Shown here piece after piece: positions 9,979 through 17,842 of a DNA stretch of 64,000 nt. The DNA comes from Acidimicrobiales bacterium (GTDB taxonomy: Bacteria > Actinomycetota > Acidimicrobiia > Acidimicrobiales > SZUA-35). Both the position numbers and the translations under genes were made by a program. Where the stretch lies: the NCBI GenBank assembly GCA_020628305.1, contig JAHDFH010000001.1:65306-129305 (forward strand), given 5' to 3'. Position 1 is the first letter of the stretch. Every line of letters starts with the position of its first letter. The notes under the pieces are model-generated. The model was given only the letters and a program-made list of their open reading frames with translations. It searched no databases and had not been told where the DNA came from.

Positions 9979-11184
9979 GTGAAGAGAATTGCGGTATTTT
10001 TTGGCGGTATTTCGCCTGAGCATGACGTCAGCGTCATAAGCGGAATGCAAGTAATGGATGCACTCGACCCATCTAGCTATGACGTGATACCGGTCTATAT
10101 CGCTACCAGCGGCCAATGGTATACAGACCCAACTCTGCGCCAAAGAGAAACCTATCTTCCTAGCGCTGAACAGTTTGCCAATATGCGCAAGGTGTCGCTC
10201 GATCTGTCTCGTGCTGGCAAACCACGCCTTCTTACCACTGAGAAGAAATTGTTCGGATCTCAAGAAGCAAGTATCGAATTTGATGTTGCTGTTTTGGTGT
10301 TCCATGGCTTGATAGGTGAAGATGGCAATATTCAAGGTGTGTTCGAAACAGCCAACGTTCCCTACACCGGCATGAGAACTAAGGCCTCTGCGATCACCAT
10401 GGATAAAGTCGCAACGAAGCGAATCATCGATGAGGCGGGCGTGCCAATCCTTGATTACCGTGTTATACCTAGACCTCGACGTGGCCTCATAGTTACTCCA
10501 GAAGAGCTTCAAGCTCAAATTGGTGATTTTGACTTCCCATGTTGTGTTAAGCCAAACCATCTTGGGTCCAGCATTGGTGTGGCTAGAGTTGAAAATGTTG
10601 AAGAGCTTTCTGAAGTGTTGCCTGAGATCTTCGCATTCGACGATACAGCATTGCTGGAGCCATTTGTAGAGAACTTAGTGGAGATGAATGTAGCTGTTAA
10701 ACGCAGCGGTGGCGATGTTGTGACCTCAGCAATTGAGCGCCCTAAGTTCTCAGATGAACTACTTGATTTCAAAGACAAGTACATGAGCGGCAGTGGAGGT
10801 AAGACCGGCCAAAAAGGTGGTGCAAAAACTCCGGGGCAGTCATCAGAAGGGATGCTCTCGCTGACGCGCGAACTTAACCCCGAACTGGGCGATAAAGATC
10901 AACTAATCAGGGATATGGCGGCAAAGGTATTCGAGCAGCTCGATGGCTCTGGAGCTCCAAGACTAGACTTCATTTCTAATGGCGAAACAGGAGAGATTTG
11001 GTTCAACGAACTCAACCCAATTCCTGGCTCGTTTGGCTTCTTTCTCTGGGAGGCTGCAGCCAAGCCAGTACTTTTCGCAGAACTTTTGGATGAACTAATC
11101 GCAGAGGCTATTGAGTTGCATGCAGGTAGGCAGTTGCCTAAAGATCCAACACCAGAAGCGGCTCGACTCTTCAACAAACGATAA
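9979..11184 (+). CDS. ddl: D-alanine--D-alanine ligase family ATP-grasp enzyme (long form with a loop insertion)
   Basis: GTG start with AAGGAG 5 nt upstream. Motifs VFFGGISPEHDVSVISG, FHGLIGEDGNIQGVFE, KPNHLGSSIGV and NELNPIPGSF. A Gly/Lys-rich insert of about 20 aa follows FKDKY. Confidence 0.8.
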   Translation: MKRIAVFFGGISPEHDVSVISGMQVMDALDPSSYDVIPVYIATSGQWYTDPTLRQRETYLPSAEQFANMRKVSLDLSRAGKPRLLTTEKKLFGSQEASIEFDVAVLVFHGLIGEDGNIQGVFETANVPYTGMRTKASAITMDKVATKRIIDEAGVPILDYRVIPRPRRGLIVTPEELQAQIGDFDFPCCVKPNHLGSSIGVARVENVEELSEVLPEIFAFDDTALLEPFVENLVEMNVAVKRSGGDVVTSAIERPKFSDELLDFKDKYMSGSGGKTGQKGGAKTPGQSSEGMLSLTRELNPELGDKDQLIRDMAAKVFEQLDGSGAPRLDFISNGETGEIWFNELNPIPGSFGFFLWEAAAKPVLFAELLDELIAEAIELHAGRQLPKDPTPEAARLFNKR

Positions 11185-11185
11185 A

Positions 11186-12088
11186 TTATCTGACACGAGC
11201 TAAACGAAGACCGAGTCGACGCTTTCGGCGAGCCTTGGTGTTGGCGTCTCTAGCCAACATAGCGCCAGCAATCATTAGCGAAGAACTCACAACAAGAGTC
11301 ATTGTTATAGGTTCACCTAGAAGCAAGACAGCCAACAGAACAGTGGTTGGAATCTGAATGTACAGAGACATCGTGGCAGCAAGAGTGGAGTATTTTCCGA
11401 TTGCTCTTTGATAAAGGTGATAGTAGACAGCGGTTGATATTACAGCAAGGAAGAGGATGGCAAGATAGTGCTCAGTTTGCGGGTTGGCCACGGCAGTACC
11501 AGTTGCGACTTCCGCAGCAGCGAACGGCAGTACACACAAAGTCAGAGTGAGCGAGAAGTAGAAAGTCATAACTTTAGTGCCGATATGAGGGTGTTTTTCT
11601 TGTGCTGTGCGAGAAGCAAAACCATACATCGCATAGAGAACGACCGAAGTGAGCAGTATCGCCACCCCAGCGATCGGAAGTTCTGATGTTTCGCCAGCGA
11701 AGCCCGTGAGCCCAACGACTCCAAGTAGGCCGAGGCCCATACTGCTAACGTTTCTTGCACTCAGCTCAGCTTTGTTCTGTGAAGCATAGTAAGCGAGCGT
11801 AATTACCGGGACGAGTGCAAACATGGCGGGGACGATTGCAGCGGGAACAAGGTCCATCCCAACAAAGCTTGTCATAACACTTAGACTCCCGACAACGGAT
11901 ACCCCCAGCAGAGACTTGAACTCGCCTAAGTTGATTCCAGACTTGGGAGTGAGTATTGCTGTTGCGAGAAGGACTCGGATGAACAGAGTTGTAGCCACGC
12001 CGAACTCTTCGAAACCAAGCTTGGCTACTGGCGCTCCACTTGAAGCAAATGCGACCATAATGATTAGGGCTCTGCCACGAAAATCCAT
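11186..12088 (-). CDS. EamA/DMT-family transporter
   Basis: About 10 TM helices in a two-fold repeat architecture, with a basic C-terminal tail. Confidence 0.7.
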   Translation of the reverse strand: MDFRGRALIIMVAFASSGAPVAKLGFEEFGVATTLFIRVLLATAILTPKSGINLGEFKSLLGVSVVGSLSVMTSFVGMDLVPAAIVPAMFALVPVITLAYYASQNKAELSARNVSSMGLGLLGVVGLTGFAGETSELPIAGVAILLTSVVLYAMYGFASRTAQEKHPHIGTKVMTFYFSLTLTLCVLPFAAAEVATGTAVANPQTEHYLAILFLAVISTAVYYHLYQRAIGKYSTLAATMSLYIQIPTTVLLAVLLLGEPITMTLVVSSSLMIAGAMLARDANTKARRKRRLGLRLARVR

Positions 12089-12142
12089 TCTGGAGATTTC
12101 GTGCGAAACAGCTAGAAACTGTAGCGAAAATTTGGCAGGATT

Positions 12143-12319
12143 TTATTCAGCGATCGTCTGGTTCGAGGTGTTCACAGCAGCGTCGGCTTCAGTTGCTGTT
12201 GTGTACCAAACTCCGGCAGCGACGATGCCGCATAGGAGTAGCCCAAAAAGCATTGAAACGGCCAGTCTGGAGCCTTGATCGCGGCCAACGATCGAGATAG
12301 GTTCGAATTTGTACGCCAT
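12143..12319 (-). CDS. small single-TM protein (58 aa), hypothetical
   Basis: Below the track's length cutoff. ATG at 12319 is preceded by AGGCGAGG. Sequence MAYKFEPISIVGRDQGSRLAVSMLFGLLLCGIVAAGVWYTT... Sits directly downstream of the cytochrome c gene on the same strand. Confidence 0.4.
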   Translation of the reverse strand: MAYKFEPISIVGRDQGSRLAVSMLFGLLLCGIVAAGVWYTTATEADAAVNTSNQTIAE

Positions 12320-12382
12320 TTTGCCTCGCCTTTACAAGCCCAATATTACCACTTGGGTCAATATTTACGCCTTCGCTAGGGT

Positions 12383-13234
12383 TTATTCGGCTTCTTCTGT
12401 CGAATGAGGTCCTGGGCAGGGGCGGTTCTCTGGATCATCTGATCCTTCACCGGTCGCTCCAGGAGTGAAATTGGGGTTGGCGCAGGCTAGAAGGAAGTCA
12501 AAATCGATCTCTGTTTCGGCTCCTGATTCAGCCGCTTCTCGTACGTGTTCTGCCCATTCAGCGTTAGCTTCGGTAGACATATCTTCGCCGCTGAGCGTAG
12601 CCCGTTCGTGGTATATGACCAATTCAAGCTCTTCTTGGGTCAGAGCGTTTAGCTGTGCAGGCATTTGACCAAGTGTTCCAGATACTCGGCGATTGCCATC
12701 TGTACGCTCAGCGCCATAAGCTTCTCCGTTGATTGCTCCTGAACCCCGAGCGACGTGGACCATCATGTCGATAGCTTCCGGAAAGGTTTGAAGCACCTCT
12801 CCATCTGAAAGCTGGTAGCCGGAACCGCCACCACCGTTAGCCCCGTGGCATCCGGCGCAACCTGCGGCAACATAAATTTCTGCTGATTCAACAACTAGCG
12901 GATCTTCTGTTTCAGGCTGTTGAAGAGTCCCAGCTAGGCCATATGCCCAGACAGGGGCTGCAAGCACAACGGGCATGGCCCAGAATGGTATTTTCTTGCG
13001 AGAAGTGTAAGCCTTTATGTATTCGGGCGTTGGTTTGCTTGGCTCTGGTTCTGGATCAAGATAGGGAAGGTCTGCAGTTGGCACAACTGCTGCAGCAGTA
13101 GCAGGAGTCGCTGCAGTAACTGCTGTTGAAGCAGCGGTATCGGCTGCAGGGGCGTCGGCTTCAGCTGGCTTGCCAGTGGCCTTGCTCTTTGCTGCTTTGC
13201 TTCTTTTCAGAAGATGTTCAGGTATTTCGCTCAA
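12383..13234 (-). CDS. membrane-anchored monoheme c-type cytochrome
   Basis: One CAGCH heme motif plus a distal GQMPA Met. TM anchor IPFWAMPVVLAAPVWAYGLAG. Start chosen at TTG 13234 (AAGAGG 6 nt upstream). The ORF is open to 13267. Confidence 0.8.
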   Translation of the reverse strand: MSEIPEHLLKRSKAAKSKATGKPAEADAPAADTAASTAVTAATPATAAAVVPTADLPYLDPEPEPSKPTPEYIKAYTSRKKIPFWAMPVVLAAPVWAYGLAGTLQQPETEDPLVVESAEIYVAAGCAGCHGANGGGGSGYQLSDGEVLQTFPEAIDMMVHVARGSGAINGEAYGAERTDGNRRVSGTLGQMPAQLNALTQEELELVIYHERATLSGEDMSTEANAEWAEHVREAAESGAETEIDFDFLLACANPNFTPGATGEGSDDPENRPCPGPHSTEEAE

Positions 13235-13350
13235 CGTCTGCCTCTTGTGTATAAACCTTCCGCCCAAGAGGCTACCGCGCTGGGCGATTCAATGCACAAC
13301 ATTCGCTTCTGAATCGCGGCATAAGGAACGGTGCAGATCCAGCTGACCAA

Positions 13351-14331
13351 CTATCTGGCAAAGCTTTCCGGTGGCCCGGTTGTCACCGTGAAGTTGTCGA
13401 ACCGGGCATAAGTGGTCTTGCTGGGGGCCCAATCTTGTGTACTGCCGCCATAGAAGGACGAGTAAAGGAATACATCTACGTTAAAGTCGCCACTGGTGCG
13501 CCACAGAATGTCTTTCTCAAGTAGTCGGTGCTCACCATCGACCCAAATTTCAACTTCCCCATTTGAGACGTTCTTGTCATTGATTTTGACCCGCTCAACG
13601 ATTCTGTACCATTGGCCGGCTTCGTAGCGACCGCTAATTGGGTAGCCAACGCCATAGATTGTTGGACGGTTGGGGTGGTAGGCATAAACCGTGAGTTCGC
13701 CATCTGGGCGCCACATGAGTCGGGCTGAGAAACCGTCAGTTCCATCAGCACCTTTGCCTCCCGTTGGGTGGGTGCCGCCAGCAAGCCCTGGAAGCTTTCC
13801 CCCTTTAACCCATTCCCAGCCTGGCTCAAAGAAGACGTCGTAGGTGAGATAGAGCTCGTCTGACCCGGGAAGGTTCTTGGTAGGGGCACTGACACGCGGC
13901 GAACCCTTTTCATAGGGGGTGTAAGCCTGTTTGAGGTATCCGTCTTCGATTGTTAGGGCTTCGTTTGCTGCAAGGTGGTCAAACTCGTAGCCGAAAAGTC
14001 TGGCAAAAAGGTCCTCTGTTACGGGGCCTGAAACAGTTTCGAAATCGACACTGAAGATGGTTTGAGAGCTGGGGGAGGTAGGTGGTTTCGGAGCGGTCGA
14101 GCTTGCTGTGGTTTCCTTACTCGTCGACGTAGTTGTTTCCTCAGGTAGGGGTTCTGTGGTTGTTGGCTGAAATAGTGTTGTGGCTGAACGAGTCTGGATT
14201 GCTGGCCGGATAGTTGAGCTGGCAGTTATTAGCTGTTCAGACGTCTCTTCGGTAGAGGTCGAGGCTGGGGTGCAACCGAAAGCACAGAGCAAAGCAATAC
14301 TGATTGCTAATTTGTAGAACCTTGGTTTCAT
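13351..14331 (-). CDS. secreted lipoprotein with a polysaccharide-lyase-14-like (concanavalin-fold) domain
   Basis: Lipobox LLCAFGC, a Thr/Ser/Pro linker, then GGKLPGLAGGTHPTGGKGADGTDGFSARLMWRPDGELTVYAYH and FYGGS...WAP, recalled as the PF14099 pattern. Confidence 0.45.
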   Translation of the reverse strand: MKPRFYKLAISIALLCAFGCTPASTSTEETSEQLITASSTIRPAIQTRSATTLFQPTTTEPLPEETTTSTSKETTASSTAPKPPTSPSSQTIFSVDFETVSGPVTEDLFARLFGYEFDHLAANEALTIEDGYLKQAYTPYEKGSPRVSAPTKNLPGSDELYLTYDVFFEPGWEWVKGGKLPGLAGGTHPTGGKGADGTDGFSARLMWRPDGELTVYAYHPNRPTIYGVGYPISGRYEAGQWYRIVERVKINDKNVSNGEVEIWVDGEHRLLEKDILWRTSGDFNVDVFLYSSFYGGSTQDWAPSKTTYARFDNFTVTTGPPESFAR

Positions 14332-14489
14332 ACGCCGCCCTTGCAATCAGTTTAGACGATCTGCGCCAATAGATCCATGAAGATGGTTCTATTGGCCCTG
14401 TGGTGCGGGGCAACTTCACATGGAGCAAGCTGAAGCAAAATACTTACGCGAAGATCGCTCACTTTCAATTCAGAACTAGTAGATTATTC

Positions 14490-14975
14490 ATGGCAGTATT
14501 CACTGAGTATTCTTTTGGGTCACCTGTGGTTGCATTTATCTCCTCGCTAATAATTTCATTTCTCATGACGGGTGCCATCTTTTGGTACGCCAAGCGACGC
14601 CCCGTAGGAACCCCGCTGACATGGGGCGAAGCGATGCTTGCATCGGCGTATGTTTTCTTCTTAGTTTTCGTTATCTATGGTGTCGTTCCTCATCAGTGGT
14701 TAACTTGGGCTGAGAACGAGCAAGGTTGGCGCCCCGACAGGCTCTTCTTCGGCTGGGGCGACATTGTGAAGCCCAAAAGTCAGGGCGGGTGGTTTCCCTT
14801 CGACATTACTTACCGGGCGATCTCAGACACGGTGGCCGTTGTAATATACGGCATTTTCTTAAGTGGTCAGATCTGGGTGTGGGCAAAATGGCAGAACCGT
14901 GGCGATGATTCCAAAGCTAAAGCTGCGTTGGTGAAGAAAAGCACTTACGGCAGACCTTTGGTAAAGCAGGGCTAA
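14490..14975 (+). CDS. hypothetical polytopic membrane protein, first gene of the Rieske/cyt b cluster
   Basis: 161 aa from ATG 14490 (track ORF opens at 14400). 3-4 TM helices. Stop lies 3 nt before the ferredoxin gene. Confidence 0.55.
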   Translation: MAVFTEYSFGSPVVAFISSLIISFLMTGAIFWYAKRRPVGTPLTWGEAMLASAYVFFLVFVIYGVVPHQWLTWAENEQGWRPDRLFFGWGDIVKPKSQGGWFPFDITYRAISDTVAVVIYGIFLSGQIWVWAKWQNRGDDSKAKAALVKKSTYGRPLVKQG

Positions 14976-14978
14976 GGC

Positions 14979-15395
14979 ATGGCCGTTACGGATGCTAACC
15001 CTCCACTGCCGGAATTTAGGGACGACTATCTCCTGGTTGAGGTAGATAAGGACTACCTATCTAAAGCGGTTAAGCCCAAGCAGTTCATTCATATCGATCA
15101 GTCGGAGTGTATTGCCTGTGAGGGTTGCGTGGATATTTGCCCTTGGAAGTGTATTCACATGCAGCCAGTTGACGTCATAGAGGAAAGCTACGGCGTTGCT
15201 AAACCAGGAGAAGACCCTGGTGATGCGTTTATATTCACTATTGACGATGATGTCTGCACGCGTTGTGCGCTCTGTGTCGATCGTTGTCCCACGGGCGTGA
15301 TTATTTTAGGAAAGATCGAAGAACCTAAGGGTGGGGGAGATTTGCATCAGAGAACTACCTCTTATGGTTACGGATACGGAATGCGGTTGACGTAA
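14979..15395 (+). CDS. 2x[4Fe-4S] ferredoxin-fold protein
   Basis: Two complete CxxCxxCxxxCP motifs: CIACEGCVDICP and CTRCALCVDRCP. No signal peptide or TM helix. Confidence 0.85.
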   Translation: MAVTDANPPLPEFRDDYLLVEVDKDYLSKAVKPKQFIHIDQSECIACEGCVDICPWKCIHMQPVDVIEESYGVAKPGEDPGDAFIFTIDDDVCTRCALCVDRCPTGVIILGKIEEPKGGGDLHQRTTSYGYGYGMRLT

Positions 15396-15437
15396 AAGCG
15401 TCACATTAGGAAACACACAAAGTAGGATTTGACTTAC

Positions 15438-16229
15438 ATGGCCAGTCCACAAGTTCAAAAAAAATCAATAGCGGAGAGAGTGAGCGACAGCGTAGGCTCT
15501 TTGAGTGATAACGTGCAAGGCTCTCAGGCCTGGAACTCTATTTTTCGTCCAGGCTCAGTCTTCCGCAAAGGCTACACAGACAGTCCTAGAAACCGTTCGT
15601 ATGTGATTATGAACTCTGTTTTGTATCACCTGCATCCGGTGAAGGTGAAAAGGCACGCTGTCAAAGTGAGCTACACGCTATGTCTTGGTGGGTTGAGTTT
15701 TTTCCTCTTCATCTTGTTGACTATCACCGGCATCTTCCTGATGTTCTTCTATACCCCGGATGCCGCTAGAGCTTACGACGACACCTACACAATTGTCTCT
15801 GAAACGTCTCTCGGTTTGATGTTGCGAAATATGCACCGCTGGGGAGCCCATTTAATGGTTATTTCAGTTTTCTTGCATATGGCTCGCGTTTTCTATCATG
15901 GAGCTTACAAAGCTCCTCGAGAGTTTAACTGGGTGATTGGTGTCATTCTCCTCACTTTGACTCTCTTGCTATCTTTCACCGGGTATCTGCTTCCGTGGGA
16001 TCAGCTTGCGCTTTGGGCAGTAACTGTGGGCACTAACATGATGGGCTTTACTCCAGTCATTGGTGACCAGGTTAAGTTCGTTCTTCTCGGCGGTTCGGTT
16101 ATTGGCACAGAGACGTTGCTGCGTTGGTATGTGCTGCACGTACTGTTTGTACCGTTCGTGACGGTAATTTTCATGGCAATTCACTTCTGGCGTGTACGTA
16201 AAGATGGCGGCATCTCAGGACCGCTATAG
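15438..16229 (+). CDS. cytochrome b, N-terminal four-helix (b6-like) subunit
   Basis: His pairs in RNMHRWGAHLM and YVLHV...AIHFWRV. Also FTGYLLPWDQLALWA. Ends after helix D, as in PetB. ATG 15438 is preferred over TTG 15429. Confidence 0.9.
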   Translation: MASPQVQKKSIAERVSDSVGSLSDNVQGSQAWNSIFRPGSVFRKGYTDSPRNRSYVIMNSVLYHLHPVKVKRHAVKVSYTLCLGGLSFFLFILLTITGIFLMFFYTPDAARAYDDTYTIVSETSLGLMLRNMHRWGAHLMVISVFLHMARVFYHGAYKAPREFNWVIGVILLTLTLLLSFTGYLLPWDQLALWAVTVGTNMMGFTPVIGDQVKFVLLGGSVIGTETLLRWYVLHVLFVPFVTVIFMAIHFWRVRKDGGISGPL

Positions 16230-16236
16230 GAGAACA

Positions 16237-16980
16237 ATGGCCGACATTCCAGATCATCTCAAACAGCGTGCCAAAGCCGCTAAAGAAAAAGCAGAAGCGG
16301 CCAAGTCTGATTCTGGCGGTTCTGCCTCTGCGTCTGGTATCCCAGAACATTTACTGAAGCGCTCAAAAGCAGCGAAGTCAAAAGGTGATTCTCCATCTTC
16401 TGATTCTGTAGTTGCCTCAGCTGGCACCGCTCCGGCTGCAGGTGGAGGCGACACCGGTGCTGCCGCAATCCAAACCGGACCCGGTGGCCATACCCAAAGA
16501 CTTCTTACAGTTGTCAAAGCAGGGTCAATTCAAGACATCAAGTCCAAACCACTAGATAAAGTCCACACCTGGCCGCATCTCATAGTGGTGGAATTTGGGG
16601 CAATGCTCGCAGTTACTGCGTTTCTGATCGTGTTCTCAATCTTCGTCAATGCTCCACTCCAACGTCTTGCTGATGTGAACGCTACGCCTAACCCTTCGAA
16701 AGCGCCGTGGTACTTTCTAGGACTTCAAGAGTTGCTCACGCTATTCCACCCTATGGTCGCTGGGGTAACCATTCCGGGAGTTGGACTTTTCGCTTTAATG
16801 CTTGCCCCATATATTGATAAAACAGTTAGCAACAAGCCTGAAGATCGTAAGTTCGCAATTTCCGTATTTACTTTCTTCATGATGTTCTGGGCAATTCTTT
16901 CAATAATCGGCTCTTTCTTTAGAGGCCCCGGTTTCAACTTTGTGTTCCCCTGGGAAGAAGGGATCTTCTTCGAACTCTAA
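16237..16980 (+). CDS. cytochrome b C-terminal part / subunit-IV-like protein with a long N-terminal tail
   Basis: ATG 16237 has AGGAG upstream. KAPWYFLGLQELL (variant of the PEWYF motif) and 3 TM helices. The N-terminal 110 aa are low-complexity and carry two IP(D/E)HL..R.KAAK motifs. Confidence 0.85.
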   Translation: MADIPDHLKQRAKAAKEKAEAAKSDSGGSASASGIPEHLLKRSKAAKSKGDSPSSDSVVASAGTAPAAGGGDTGAAAIQTGPGGHTQRLLTVVKAGSIQDIKSKPLDKVHTWPHLIVVEFGAMLAVTAFLIVFSIFVNAPLQRLADVNATPNPSKAPWYFLGLQELLTLFHPMVAGVTIPGVGLFALMLAPYIDKTVSNKPEDRKFAISVFTFFMMFWAILSIIGSFFRGPGFNFVFPWEEGIFFEL

Positions 16981-16993
16981 GAGGGTGTGAATT

Positions 16994-17842
16994 ATGGTAG
17001 TTTTTTATGCAGTAGGCGCAATAGTTCTTCTGGCTGTGGTTGCAGCTGTGGTTTTGTTTAGAAGGCAAGATCGCGAATTGGCCACCGGTTCTTTGACTGG
17101 AGTAGAGGCTGATCGAAAGAGAATAATTAGAGACAAAGGCGATCTCGAAGGTAAAGACTTTGAAACGCAGGCTCTCGAAAAACGCTCTCAAGAGCTAGCG
17201 CCAGCAGAGCCAGATGGGCCAGTTATCATCCCACCAATGGATCCCGACCAACTTGGTGAGGCAAGACGAGCCTTCCTCAACCGCAGCATCATTGGGGCTG
17301 CAAGCTTAGGGCTAGCGATGCTCGGTGGGGCTATTTTGAAAACCCTTTGGCCGAGTGCAAGTGGTGGATTCGGCGACAAAATTGTCGTTGGTAACGTTGA
17401 CTCGATCAAAGAATCAATTCGCGACAGTGGAGGCTTCTTCTACTTTCCGCTTGGCCGGATGTGGATTACCGAGTATCCGACTTCAGCTGTTGTTAAGGCA
17501 GAAACAAGTTATGGTTTCTACCCTCAGGTAGAGCAGGGGCTAAAGGCTGGAGTGGTTGCTCTATTCCAAACTTGCCCTCACCTGGGCTGCCGAGTTCCTG
17601 AATGTGAAACATCTCAGTGGTTCGAGTGTCCATGTCACGGTTCGCAATACAACAGAGTTGGAGAGAAAAAGGGTGGTCCTGCTCCTCGAGGCATGGATCG
17701 CTTTCCCATGGAAGTTTCCTCTGATGGAGTGCTTACGGTTGATACTGGAACAATCATTCAGGGTCCACCTATTGGCGTAAACACAACTGGTCAAGAAGCG
17801 GAAGGACCAAATTGTCTTTCTGATGGTGGAGGTGAGCACTGA
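16994..17842 (+). CDS. Rieske [2Fe-2S] subunit
   Basis: CPHLGCRV and CPCHGSQY boxes. N-terminal TM helix. Confidence 0.9.
   Translation: MVVFYAVGAIVLLAVVAAVVLFRRQDRELATGSLTGVEADRKRIIRDKGDLEGKDFETQALEKRSQELAPAEPDGPVIIPPMDPDQLGEARRAFLNRSIIGAASLGLAMLGGAILKTLWPSASGGFGDKIVVGNVDSIKESIRDSGGFFYFPLGRMWITEYPTSAVVKAETSYGFYPQVEQGLKAGVVALFQTCPHLGCRVPECETSQWFECPCHGSQYNRVGEKKGGPAPRGMDRFPMEVSSDGVLTVDTGTIIQGPPIGVNTTGQEAEGPNCLSDGGGEH

Noticed and set aside
9946-10560. 204-aa ORF antisense to ddl. Similar long shadow ORFs occur at 29229-29972 and 31173-31772 (antisense to nuoH and nuoK/L), 2701-3183, 3344-3730, 61070-61555, 42629-42994, and 53323-54284 (alternative frames in nuoM2).
   Set aside because: Each lies entirely inside, or opposite, a gene with strong family motifs. 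They have low-complexity or Ser/Arg/Ala-rich composition typical of off-frame translation of moderately GC-rich coding DNA, and they lack SD or start context.
11823-12278. 151-aa plus-strand ORF spanning the EamA start and the downstream intergenic region.
   Set aside because: It overlaps the EamA coding region in antisense. It also overlaps a better-supported 58-aa minus-strand ORF that has an SD sequence. Its composition is Thr/Ser/Ala/Pro-rich, as expected for shadow ORFs.
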